Source: Geopsychrobacteraceae bacterium
GTDB lineage: Bacteria; Desulfobacterota; Desulfuromonadia; Desulfuromonadales; Geopsychrobacteraceae
Length of the DNA: 64,000 nt
Reading direction: 5' to 3'
Assembly (NCBI GenBank): GCA_963676795.2
Contig: CAXXTB010000002.1
Location: forward strand, 352,001-416,000
Of this stretch, positions 9,981 through 18,890 are shown one piece after another; within the stretch, counting starts at the first letter, position 1; every line of letters begins with the position of its first letter. Made by a program: the position numbers and the translations under genes. The notes beneath the pieces are model-generated. The model did no database searches and was not told where the DNA came from. It saw only the letters and a list, made by a program, of their open reading frames with translations.

Positions 9981-11294
9981 GTGAACAGGATAAAATTATT
10001 AAAAAGTTTCTATCCGTTGTCCAATGGGTTACCCATGAAGTTTATTCTGCATTTGCACCCACCGCAGCTTCCTGTAGAAGCATGCCATTTTAGAAGAACA
10101 TTTGGTTTGGGTGGCAGTGCCCTCGTATTATTCGTGCTGTTGCTCATGACGGGTATGCTGGAACTGTTTGTTTATGACCCGACGGTCGCAGAGGCATATC
10201 CATCTGTCCAACAATTGCAACAGATGAGTCTTGGCCGGTGGGTCCGGAACATTCATTATCTGTCGGCTCAACTGATTGTTGTTGTCAGTTTTCTTCATTT
10301 GCTACGGGTCTTTTTAACCGGGGGCTATAGTGGTGTTCGCCGGGGAAATTGGTGGATCGGCCTGGTTGTGCTGTTTGTACTGCTGTGCTCGGCATTTACC
10401 GGGTATCTGCTCCCATGGGATCAGCTCTCCTTCTGGGCGGTTACCATCTGTTCCAAAATGTTCGAATATGTTCCGTTGATTGGCGCTGGTTTGCAACAAC
10501 TGCTGTTTTCCGGCTCTGAGGTCGGTCCTGCGACTCTCCATAATTTTTACATTCTCCATACCATTTTTCTGCCGGGTACCATTACAGTCCTCCTGGTGTT
10601 TCATTTCTGGTTTGTCCGCAAGGCAAGGGGCGTCATCCTTCCTCAGAGTCACGCCGGGCAACCTGAAGTTCGTTCCAAGGTGCCGTCTTACCCTGATCTG
10701 GTATTTCGTGAGGCAGCTGTCGCTCTAAACTTGTGTGCGCTTGTTCTGATCCTTGCCGTTTTCATCGATGCTCCACTCGGCTTGCCTGCCAACCCGGGAA
10801 TGAGCCCGAATCCGGTCAAGGCTCCCTGGTATTATCTTGGTGTGCAGGAGCTGTTGATTCATTTTCAGCCGTTGGTCGCAATTGTCATTGCTCCATGCTG
10901 CGCCGCACTGTTCCTGTTTTTGCTGCCCATGACACGATTGAAAGATCATGAAGCAGGACGCTGGTTTGTCAGTCGAAGGGGCTTATCCGGTGCCGTCATT
11001 GCTTTCGCAATTGCTCTGTTGTCGGTCCCCGCGCTGATCATCCTGAACTCTGTTGTTCCGGCCCCGTTTTTCCCGGCATGGATAGGTCATTATCTTCTTC
11101 CCCTTGGGGGAACGGCTATCCTGATTGGTGGCGCTGTATTGTTTATGAGGAGGATGGCAAAAATGACTCAGGCTGAAATCGTCCTGGTGTTATTTGTCTT
11201 TTTTGCTACTACAGTTGTGATTCTGACGATCACCGGGATCTTTTTCAGGGGAGCCGAAATGGCCCTTGTGCTGCCGAGTTGGATGGCACTATGA
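9981..11294 (+). CDS. Cytochrome b subunit of a Rieske/cytochrome b complex
   Basis: Heme His pairs RNIHY...FLHLLR and ILHT...VFHFW; FTGYLLPWDQLSFWA; PEWY-equivalent KAPWY. Start uncertain (GTG 9981). Confidence 0.9.
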   Translation: MNRIKLLKSFYPLSNGLPMKFILHLHPPQLPVEACHFRRTFGLGGSALVLFVLLLMTGMLELFVYDPTVAEAYPSVQQLQQMSLGRWVRNIHYLSAQLIVVVSFLHLLRVFLTGGYSGVRRGNWWIGLVVLFVLLCSAFTGYLLPWDQLSFWAVTICSKMFEYVPLIGAGLQQLLFSGSEVGPATLHNFYILHTIFLPGTITVLLVFHFWFVRKARGVILPQSHAGQPEVRSKVPSYPDLVFREAAVALNLCALVLILAVFIDAPLGLPANPGMSPNPVKAPWYYLGVQELLIHFQPLVAIVIAPCCAALFLFLLPMTRLKDHEAGRWFVSRRGLSGAVIAFAIALLSVPALIILNSVVPAPFFPAWIGHYLLPLGGTAILIGGAVLFMRRMAKMTQAEIVLVLFVFFATTVVILTITGIFFRGAEMALVLPSWMAL

Positions 11295-11830
11295 GCGACA
11301 TTAAGAAAGCGAAATCCGATAAGTTTAGGGACGATACTGGGTTCAAGGAAAAGTGTCTGTTGGACCGCCGGTCGTTTTTGAAATGGCTGTGGATCGCTCT
11401 GGGAGGCATTATCGTCTGTGAACTGTTCTGGTTGGTTTACACGATGATCAGACCTGATGCTGCCACAAGGACTCAAGAGGAGAAGAAGATTCTCGCTTTG
11501 GGGCAGGCGACTCAATATCAATCCGGAACGGTGACAGCCGTTCCTGCAGGAAAGTTATATCTGGCTCGGACCGTAGAGGGCGGTTTTCTTGCCATGGGGC
11601 GCGAATGTACCCACCTGGGCTGCACGATCTATTGGGACAAGATGGAGCAACGCTTTAACTGCCCATGCCACGGCTCCGCTTTTGCCCTGAATGGCGGTGT
11701 CATCAAATCACCGGCGACACGCCCACTCGATCTCTATCATGTCTTCATCGAAAACGGGATTGTCAAGGTTGATCTTGGGCAGCGTTCAAGACGTAGTGAT
11801 GTGAACAACTCTCAGGCCGTTTTCATATGA
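11291..11830 (+). CDS. Rieske 2Fe-2S protein (QcrA/PetA-like)
   Basis: Tat-like DRRSFL plus TM helix; CTHLGC and CPCHGS boxes; ATGA overlap with cytochrome b. Confidence 0.92.
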   Translation: MSDIKKAKSDKFRDDTGFKEKCLLDRRSFLKWLWIALGGIIVCELFWLVYTMIRPDAATRTQEEKKILALGQATQYQSGTVTAVPAGKLYLARTVEGGFLAMGRECTHLGCTIYWDKMEQRFNCPCHGSAFALNGGVIKSPATRPLDLYHVFIENGIVKVDLGQRSRRSDVNNSQAVFI

Positions 11831-14103
11831 AGAGCTCAGGACTGCACAGCTGGAAACTTGCCGCCATTATTGGCACTCTGCTGATTGCCATCTCTTTTCC
11901 ATTGGCCTATTGGCAGGGAGAACGCAAGGTTGCAGAAGTGGCTGCTGTTCAGACTGCCTCCGCGACCTATGTCGGCAGTCAAAAATGCCTGGAATGTCAT
12001 AACAGCGCCTGGCAGAAATGGCACAATTCGGACCATGACAAGGCGATGGATATTGCGACAAGCGAAACGGTGCTGGGCGATTTTGATAATGTTTCCTTTG
12101 AGCATGACGGGTACAGCACGCTCTTCTTCAAAAATGGGGAGGAGTTTTATGTCAATACTGAAGGTCCTGATGGTTCTATGGCCGACTTTCAGGTCAAGTA
12201 CGTGTTCGGTGTCGATCCGCTTCAACAATATCTTATAGAGTTTCCCGGCGGTCGTTATCAGGTGCTGGGTGTTTCCTGGGATGCAGAACAGCAGCGCTGG
12301 TATGACATGTATCCGGACCAGGATATCGAGGCTGGGGACTGGCTCCATTGGACGAGGCAGGCTCAGAACTGGAATTCCATGTGTGCTGAGTGCCATTCGA
12401 CCAACCTGGTAAAGGGCTATGATCCTGGCAGTGACTCATATAAGACAACCTGGAGCGATATCGATGTCGGTTGTGAAGCCTGCCACGGACCAGGATCAAA
12501 GCATCTCGACTGGGCGGCGGTACCGGAAATGGGGCGGGCGGAGAGTGCCAATTTTGAACTGACTGTTGTCACCAGGGATATGTCCAGCCAGCAGCAGGCC
12601 GATTTCTGTGCCAACTGTCATTCCCGGCGTTATCTTTTACAGGCTCATGAAGCGGATAACAGTGAGTTGCTTGACTACGCGGTTCCGTCATTACTTCAGG
12701 AAGGTTTGTATCATGCTGATGGCCAGATCCTCGATGAAGTCTATGTCTATGGCTCCTTTGTCCAGAGTAAAATGTTTAATTCAGGCGTCAAGTGCAGCGA
12801 TTGTCACGATGTACACAGTCTGGAGCGTCACAAGGAAGGCAATGACCTCTGCCTGCAGTGCCATCAGGAGAAAATCTACAACAGTTCCGATCATCATTTT
12901 CATAAGCAGTTTGACCAGGGAAAACCGAGTGACGGCTGGCTCTGCGTAAAATGTCATATGCCAGAGAAACCCTACATGGTGATCGACTGGCGGGCAGATC
13001 ATAGCATTCGCATCCCTCGCCCCGACCTTTCCGCTGAAATTGGTGTTCCGAATGCCTGTAATGATTGTCATAGTGACAAGACAGTGGACTGGTCGATGAA
13101 GTATATCGACCAGTGGTACGGTAAGCGCAAACGTTTTCATTACGGATCGGTTTTTGACAAGGCCAGAAAGGGGATTGCCGGATCAGAGACCGCTTTGGAG
13201 GAAGTTTTTTTCGAGCGTAAATATGTGGCCATTGTCAGAGCTACAGCAGTCTCGCTTTTGAATCAATTTCCCGGAGAGACGACGTTTAGGGTCTTGAAAG
13301 AGGCTCTAGGTGATGAAGAGTCTCTGGTTCGTCTTACCGCATTGCGCCTGGTGAACAATCTCAACTTCCAGGGGCTTGGCAAGGAAATTTTCTCACTATT
13401 GTACGACCCGGTCGCAGCGGTCAGGGCCGAGGCCGCATTCAATCTGCCTCAGAGTTTGTTCTCCCGGCTGAATGAGATGGAACAAGCGACATATGTGATT
13501 GCTTTGCAGGAGTATCGGGATGTTATGCTCTATTCGGCCGATTTTACCTTTGGTCAATTCAACCTTGGAAATCTGGCCGCTAAGCAAGGATATCAGGATA
13601 ACGCAGAAAAATACTACCTTGCAGCAATCGCTATTGATGAGCTTTTTTACCCGGCACAGATCAATCTGGCCTTCCTCTATTATGGCATGGGACGTAAGTC
13701 CGAGGCCGAGGCCTTGTTCCGCAAGGTTGTAGCCAATTACCCTGACAATCTCGTCGTTGAGTACAATCTCGGCCTGTTGTTGGCTGAAGAAAAAAACTAT
13801 GCAGAAGCTGCGATCTATCTACAGAGAGCGGCAGACGCGCTTGAAAAATCGGCACCGGTATTTTTTAATCTGGGACAGGTTTTCGCTCTGCTCGACAGGC
13901 ATGAAGAAGCCCTGGTCGCCTTGCGTCAAGCGGTTAGCCTGTTGCCGTCTTCTGAATCATATTTTACGGCGCTGATCGAACAATACTTAAAACTGGGGCG
14001 CAAAGCGGAGGCTTTCCTGGCCGTTAAGGAAGCGGCGGAGGATCTCAGCCCGGGATATTTAAGGCGTATCCATGATTATATCGAGCGCTATCCACGCAAA
14101 TAA
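11827..14103 (+). CDS. Membrane-anchored octaheme c-type cytochrome with HEAT-like and TPR C-terminus
   Basis: N-terminal TM; 8 CxxCH motifs (CLECH, CAECH, CEACH, CANCH, CSDCH, CLQCH, CVKCH, CNDCH); helical repeats (FNLGNL, YNLGLLL, FNLGQVF). Confidence 0.88.
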   Translation: MKSSGLHSWKLAAIIGTLLIAISFPLAYWQGERKVAEVAAVQTASATYVGSQKCLECHNSAWQKWHNSDHDKAMDIATSETVLGDFDNVSFEHDGYSTLFFKNGEEFYVNTEGPDGSMADFQVKYVFGVDPLQQYLIEFPGGRYQVLGVSWDAEQQRWYDMYPDQDIEAGDWLHWTRQAQNWNSMCAECHSTNLVKGYDPGSDSYKTTWSDIDVGCEACHGPGSKHLDWAAVPEMGRAESANFELTVVTRDMSSQQQADFCANCHSRRYLLQAHEADNSELLDYAVPSLLQEGLYHADGQILDEVYVYGSFVQSKMFNSGVKCSDCHDVHSLERHKEGNDLCLQCHQEKIYNSSDHHFHKQFDQGKPSDGWLCVKCHMPEKPYMVIDWRADHSIRIPRPDLSAEIGVPNACNDCHSDKTVDWSMKYIDQWYGKRKRFHYGSVFDKARKGIAGSETALEEVFFERKYVAIVRATAVSLLNQFPGETTFRVLKEALGDEESLVRLTALRLVNNLNFQGLGKEIFSLLYDPVAAVRAEAAFNLPQSLFSRLNEMEQATYVIALQEYRDVMLYSADFTFGQFNLGNLAAKQGYQDNAEKYYLAAIAIDELFYPAQINLAFLYYGMGRKSEAEALFRKVVANYPDNLVVEYNLGLLLAEEKNYAEAAIYLQRAADALEKSAPVFFNLGQVFALLDRHEEALVALRQAVSLLPSSESYFTALIEQYLKLGRKAEAFLAVKEAAEDLSPGYLRRIHDYIERYPRK

Positions 14104-14167
14104 CATTTCGATCTTCAGAATGGTAGTTTTTGCATGGGGATTTGGCAAAATTTCGGATTAGGTCAAT

Positions 14168-14869
14168 TTAGGGTGATTTTTCCACTGGTTCCTTCCCCTC
14201 TCGGCTCAACTCAGTCATCAGGGAAATTATCGCTTCCAGTCTTTTTTCAGCTGTAATCATGGCTTCATCAAAATCTTCTGCACCGATGAGCAGTTTCAAT
14301 TGTAACGGTGCGATGATTGCGCCAATGAGAAGTTCCGAGCACATATCAAGGTCTGAATCACTGATTGCGCTAATCTGAAGCTCTTTAAGTTTTTTGGAAA
14401 TAATGTTTCGACAGTTGATAATGATATCTTCATGGTACTGTCGAGCGAGAATCCGGTTTGTTTTAGCTTCTGAAATGACCAGTCGTGTCATTTCCAGCTG
14501 CCTCGAAGAGAGGGCAAATCTTGTCAATTCGAGAAAAACCTGTCTGAATTTCGCACTTGAAGGTTGCTTTATGAGCTGGCGAGATATCGGCTCTTTGTTG
14601 TCGATGGAGACGCTTTCCAATAATTCCTGAAAAAGCTCTGATTTGTTCGAAAAAACCTGATAGAGGGTTTTTTTGGAGATTTTGCACGCCTTAGCGATAT
14701 CCTCCATGCTGGTCGAGCTATAACCGCATTCCAAGTAAAGTTTTTCTGCCTTCTCAAGAATGAACGCCTTGCGTTGTTCTGGATTCATTGTTGGTGGCCG
14801 GCCAGCCCGTTTCTTTTTGCTATCCATTCCCATTTCTTTCCGGTTCCATACCTTATTGTAATTGGACAT
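14168..14869 (-). CDS. TetR/AcrR-family transcriptional regulator
   Basis: GRPP...ILEKAEKLY...GYSSTSMEDIAKACKISKKTLYQVFSNKSELF HTH. True start may be 14833 or 14827. Confidence 0.9.
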   Translation of the reverse strand: MSNYNKVWNRKEMGMDSKKKRAGRPPTMNPEQRKAFILEKAEKLYLECGYSSTSMEDIAKACKISKKTLYQVFSNKSELFQELLESVSIDNKEPISRQLIKQPSSAKFRQVFLELTRFALSSRQLEMTRLVISEAKTNRILARQYHEDIIINCRNIISKKLKELQISAISDSDLDMCSELLIGAIIAPLQLKLLIGAEDFDEAMITAEKRLEAIISLMTELSREGKEPVEKSP

Positions 14870-14890
14870 GATTTAGATCGTTATGCATAT

Positions 14891-14914
14891 TTAGGAAACG
14901 GTCAAGTTTCCTAA
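14891..14914. promoter_or_regulatory. Palindromic operator, probably for the adjacent TetR
   Basis: Perfect TTAGGAAAC-N6-GTTTCCTAA in the divergent TetR/corrinoid-operon intergenic region. Confidence 0.7.
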
Positions 14915-15045
14915 CTTGGCGGAAGTGAGATCCCAATCTGCCGTAATGCAGATTTAAGAAATCACAAATAGTTAAAGCTGGCAATACAAAAGGCTTTTTG
15001 TTCATTGAGAACGATTTCTGTCCCTTACTTTTATGGAGGATTATC

Positions 15046-15684
15046 ATGGAATTTATCGAAGAAATCTCGGCAGCTGTACAGCAGGGAAAAGCTAAGATCG
15101 TCAAGGCAAAGGTTCAGGAAGCTGTAGATAACGGAATTGACGCGAATGTGATTTTGAATGATGCCCTTATCGCAGGCATGAATATCATTGGCGCCAAATT
15201 CAAGCGTGATGAAGTCTTCGTTCCTGAAGTCCTGATCGCCGCCAGAGCAATGAAAGCAGGTGCCGAAATCCTTAAGCCTTTGCTGGCAAGTAGTGGTTTT
15301 AAGGCCGCGGGAAAAATGATCCTGGGGACCGTCAAGGGCGATATGCATGACATTGGAAAAAATCTCGTCCGTATGATGGTTGAGGGTAAGGGGATCGAAG
15401 TCATCGATCTCGGTGTTGATGTCCCGGCCGAGAAGTTTCTTGAGGCTGCCAAAGAGCACGGTGCTCAACTTATCGCAATGTCCTCGTTGCTGACAACAAC
15501 CATGGGCGAAATGAAGGTGGTTATCGATCAATTTGCCAGTGAAGGAATCAAGGATCGGTACAAGTTCCTGATTGGTGGCGCACCTATTACTCAGGACTTC
15601 TGTGAAAAAATCGGTGCTGACAGCTACACCCCGGATGCAGCTGCAGCCGCGGATGCAGCCTATGGCTTTGTAACTGCCGCTTGA
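15046..15684 (+). CDS. Methyltransferase-cognate corrinoid protein (B12-binding)
   Basis: RBS GGAGGA; cap domain EVFVPEVLIAARAM; B12 motif GDMHDIGKN, SSLLTTT, IGGAP. Confidence 0.93.
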   Translation: MEFIEEISAAVQQGKAKIVKAKVQEAVDNGIDANVILNDALIAGMNIIGAKFKRDEVFVPEVLIAARAMKAGAEILKPLLASSGFKAAGKMILGTVKGDMHDIGKNLVRMMVEGKGIEVIDLGVDVPAEKFLEAAKEHGAQLIAMSSLLTTTMGEMKVVIDQFASEGIKDRYKFLIGGAPITQDFCEKIGADSYTPDAAAAADAAYGFVTAA

Positions 15685-15714
15685 AATGAATTTTCGCAGT
15701 AAAGGATATATTTG

Positions 15715-16782
15715 ATGGATTATAAATTTTATCACGATTTGGCCAAGACTTTGCCAGCCGTACCTTTAGCAGCCCATCTGGTTTTGCATGAGCAGGCCGA
15801 TCCTGAAGAAATCATCTATGATGGTGAGCGGTTAGGGAAGGTTTTGGTTGAAACCGCCAAGCGCTTCAATACGAAATTTGCCTTTCCGCTTATGGATCTT
15901 ACCCTTGAGAAGGAGCTGATGCTTCATGTCATGGGGTTGGTCCAGTCATCTGAAGAAGCAGAGACCTTTCACTTTGACGAACTTCCGCCGGCTGAGGTTC
16001 TGGCAAAGGTGACCGACTCATTAGATGTTTCAGTCATTCGCCGCATGAAGGCATCTTGTGACGCTATCTCTTATGTTGCCCAGGAGGGTGGCGATATCCT
16101 GCCGATGGGTATGGGGATCGGTCCGTTTTCCTTGCTGACCAAGCTCATGGATGATCCTATTACTGCGGTTTACATGGTCGGTAGCGGGATGACTGCCGAC
16201 GATGATGAAAGTGTCGAAATCGCGGAAGAATTACTCAAATGCGCTGAGCGGGTCATCTATAGTTACTGGGTGGCCCAGTGTGAAGCCGGCGCTAAAGCGC
16301 TGTTTAATTGCGAGCCCGCTGCAAATCTCGTTTATTTCTCACCCAATCAGATAGCATCTGGCTCAGATGTCTTTGACAGGTTTGTCATTGAGCCTAATGC
16401 TCGTCTGCGTGATCTTTTGGTGTCCAAGGATGTCGATTTTCTACTCCACGACTGCGGTGAAATGCGTGCTGAAATGATCCGCTCCTTGAGCAACCTACGT
16501 CCAAAAGTGTTCAGTTTTGGCAGTCCTGTTGCCCTCTGGGAAGCTGCACCTCATGTCGATAAAGACATCGTACTGTTCGGAAATTTACCGAGCAAGAAGT
16601 TCTATTCTGACGAGCTGTCAGTTGAGGGAATCTATAAACTGATTGAGGAAATTACCGAAAAAATGAGCGCGACTGGACATCCTTACATCGTTGGCACGGA
16701 ATGCGATGTTCTCTCGATGCCGGGTTATGAGCAGGTCATTATGGAGAAAGTCATTGCAATGAACCAGTGTCCGATTGCCTGA
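15715..16782 (+). CDS. URO-D/MtaA-family methyltransferase with H-x-C...C zinc motif
   Basis: DLTLE, GPFSL, LLHDCG, LFGNLP, GTECDV; lies in a corrinoid operon. Confidence 0.75.
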   Translation: MDYKFYHDLAKTLPAVPLAAHLVLHEQADPEEIIYDGERLGKVLVETAKRFNTKFAFPLMDLTLEKELMLHVMGLVQSSEEAETFHFDELPPAEVLAKVTDSLDVSVIRRMKASCDAISYVAQEGGDILPMGMGIGPFSLLTKLMDDPITAVYMVGSGMTADDDESVEIAEELLKCAERVIYSYWVAQCEAGAKALFNCEPAANLVYFSPNQIASGSDVFDRFVIEPNARLRDLLVSKDVDFLLHDCGEMRAEMIRSLSNLRPKVFSFGSPVALWEAAPHVDKDIVLFGNLPSKKFYSDELSVEGIYKLIEEITEKMSATGHPYIVGTECDVLSMPGYEQVIMEKVIAMNQCPIA

Positions 16783-16811
16783 AGAGTGATCGACGCATAA
16801 GGAGATAGAGA

Positions 16812-17771
16812 ATGACCGAAAGAGAAAATGCGCTGTTAGCAATGGCCCATAAAGAGCCAATGTGGGTTCCTAGTGTGTTTGATTGTGCTGAACGTGTTCC
16901 TGACTTCATCAATGAAAGACCTGTTTTTGAGACAGGTTATGACTGTTTCGGTGTTCATTGGGTAGAGACCGGTAAAGAAACTATGGGTATTACCCATGTC
17001 GACCCTCATATGCCACATGTTCTTGACGATATCTGTGATTGGCATGAGAAGGTTAAGTTTCCCGATCTTGATGCGATTGACTGGGCCCATGTTGCCGAGG
17101 TTGCCAAAGGACTTGATCGCGAAAACAGGCTGATCATGTACTGGTCGAATCTGGGACTGTTCGAAAGAACCCATACCCTGATGGATTTCGAGGAAGCACT
17201 CTGTTCCTATATGGAAGAACCTGAAGAGATGAAGGCTCTGATTGAGGCTATTGCAGATCATAAAATCAAGGCCTTCAAGCTCATGCACGAGCATTGCAAC
17301 CTCGATCTCATCCTCTATCACGATGATTGGGGAATCCAGACCGGATCTCTACTTCCCAAACATGTCTGGGATGAAATTATCAGACCTGCAACTCAAAGAC
17401 TTTATGCCAGCGTTAAGGCAATGGGGCTCTATCTTGTTCATCATTCCTGCGGCAAGGTCGAACAATATATCCCAGAAATGATTGCTATGGGAGCGGACGG
17501 TTGGGCCTCATGCCAGAGTTGTAACGATCTGGGCGCGATAAAGAAAGAATATGGTGACAAGATTGCTTTTTGGGGCGCGCTTGATGACCAGAACGTTCTT
17601 GGCAAGCCGGATACGACAGACGAAGATCTCTACGCCGAAGCCAGAGAAAAAGTGGAACTGCTGGCAGAAGGCGGTGGCTGGCTGGCTGGTCCAGCAACCT
17701 ACAGGTCTTTTAATCCGGCGCATGACAGAAAGTGTGAAGCCATGATCAAGGAAATGACCTTGAAATACTAA
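16812..17771 (+). CDS. URO-D-family corrinoid methyltransferase (aryl methyl ether MT I-like), paralog 1
   Basis: DCFGVHW, DICDW...KFPDLD, GLFER, HDDWG, HHSCGK, FWGALD; RBS AGGAG. Confidence 0.78.
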   Translation: MTERENALLAMAHKEPMWVPSVFDCAERVPDFINERPVFETGYDCFGVHWVETGKETMGITHVDPHMPHVLDDICDWHEKVKFPDLDAIDWAHVAEVAKGLDRENRLIMYWSNLGLFERTHTLMDFEEALCSYMEEPEEMKALIEAIADHKIKAFKLMHEHCNLDLILYHDDWGIQTGSLLPKHVWDEIIRPATQRLYASVKAMGLYLVHHSCGKVEQYIPEMIAMGADGWASCQSCNDLGAIKKEYGDKIAFWGALDDQNVLGKPDTTDEDLYAEAREKVELLAEGGGWLAGPATYRSFNPAHDRKCEAMIKEMTLKY

Positions 17772-17908
17772 TTGAAACCTGACCGTGATCAATAGTCGCC
17801 CGTTTCATCAGATTGGTCTTTACACAAGTGGTTAACGTTGATGAGCAATGTTATAGGGTTGCATGTTAGTTAGCCTGTTTCGTTGATTTCATTTAAAGGA
17901 TAAAAAAC

Positions 17909-18868
17909 ATGACCGAAAGAGAAAATGCTTTGTTGGCAATGGCCCATAAGGAGCCAATGTGGGTTCCCAGTGTGTTTGATTGCGCCATGTTGTGCCCGGA
18001 CTTTATTAATGAAAGACCGATCTTCGAAACAGGGTACGACTGTTTTGGTGTTCATTGGTTGGCAACAGGCAAAGAGTCGGGCGGGATTACCCATGTCGAT
18101 CCACATGTGCCACCGGTTCTAGACGATGTCTGTGATTGGAGAGAGAAGGTTATGTTCCCTGATCTTGATGAAATTGACTGGAACGCCGCGGCAAAAGTTG
18201 CAGCTGATTTCGATCGCGAAAACAAGCTGGTTATGTATATGTCCAATCTGGGGGTTTTCGAGAGGACTCATACTCTCATGTCTTTTGAAGATGCTCTGTG
18301 TGCTTTTATGGAAGAGCCTGAAGAGATGACGGCTCTGATTGACGCGATTGCCGACCACAAGGTCAGGGCTTACGAGCTCATGCACAAGCATTGCAACCTC
18401 GATGTTATTATGTATCACGATGACTGGGGAACGCAGAACGGTCCCCTGCTTCCTCACTCCGTCTGGGAGGAGATTGTCAAGCCTGCAACCAAAAGAGTTT
18501 ATGACAAGGTAAAGTCTCTGGGCATTTATCTTACCCATCATAGTTGTGGAAAGATTGAACAATATGTTCCTGAAATGATCGCCCTTGGTGCTGATGGTTG
18601 GGCATCTTGTCAGAGTTGTAATGATCTTGGTGCGTTAAAGAAGCAATATGGTGACAAGATTGCTTTCTGGGGGGCTCTCGATGATCAGCATGTTCTTGGC
18701 AACCCTGCAACTACAGACGAGGGCCTTTTTGCTGAGGCTAAGAAAAAGGTTGAAATGCTCGCCGAGGGCGGTGGTTGGTTGGCCGGCCCTGCTGCCTACA
18801 CGTCTTTTATCTTTCCGCAAGACAGAAAATGCGAAGCCATGATCAAGGAAATGACCTTGAAAAACTAA
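17909..18868 (+). CDS. URO-D-family corrinoid methyltransferase (aryl methyl ether MT I-like), paralog 2
   Basis: Same 319-aa length and motifs as 16812-17771; identical first 26 aa. Confidence 0.78.
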   Translation: MTERENALLAMAHKEPMWVPSVFDCAMLCPDFINERPIFETGYDCFGVHWLATGKESGGITHVDPHVPPVLDDVCDWREKVMFPDLDEIDWNAAAKVAADFDRENKLVMYMSNLGVFERTHTLMSFEDALCAFMEEPEEMTALIDAIADHKVRAYELMHKHCNLDVIMYHDDWGTQNGPLLPHSVWEEIVKPATKRVYDKVKSLGIYLTHHSCGKIEQYVPEMIALGADGWASCQSCNDLGALKKQYGDKIAFWGALDDQHVLGNPATTDEGLFAEAKKKVEMLAEGGGWLAGPAAYTSFIFPQDRKCEAMIKEMTLKN

Positions 18869-18890
18869 TTTGTTTTGACGGAAGTTGAAT

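Noticed and set aside
11827..14103. NrfA nitrite reductase or hydroxylamine oxidoreductase
   Set aside because: No CxxCK catalytic heme motif, and the HEAT/TPR C-terminus does not fit those enzymes.
14870..15045. Cobalamin riboswitch before the corrinoid operon
   Set aside because: No GGGAA...GCCACTG B12-box pattern. The short region is occupied by the TetR-like palindrome and divergent promoters.
15715..18868. True uroporphyrinogen decarboxylases (hemE)
   Set aside because: They lack the RQAGR motif, and the context (corrinoid protein, RACE, DUF1638) indicates methyltransferases.
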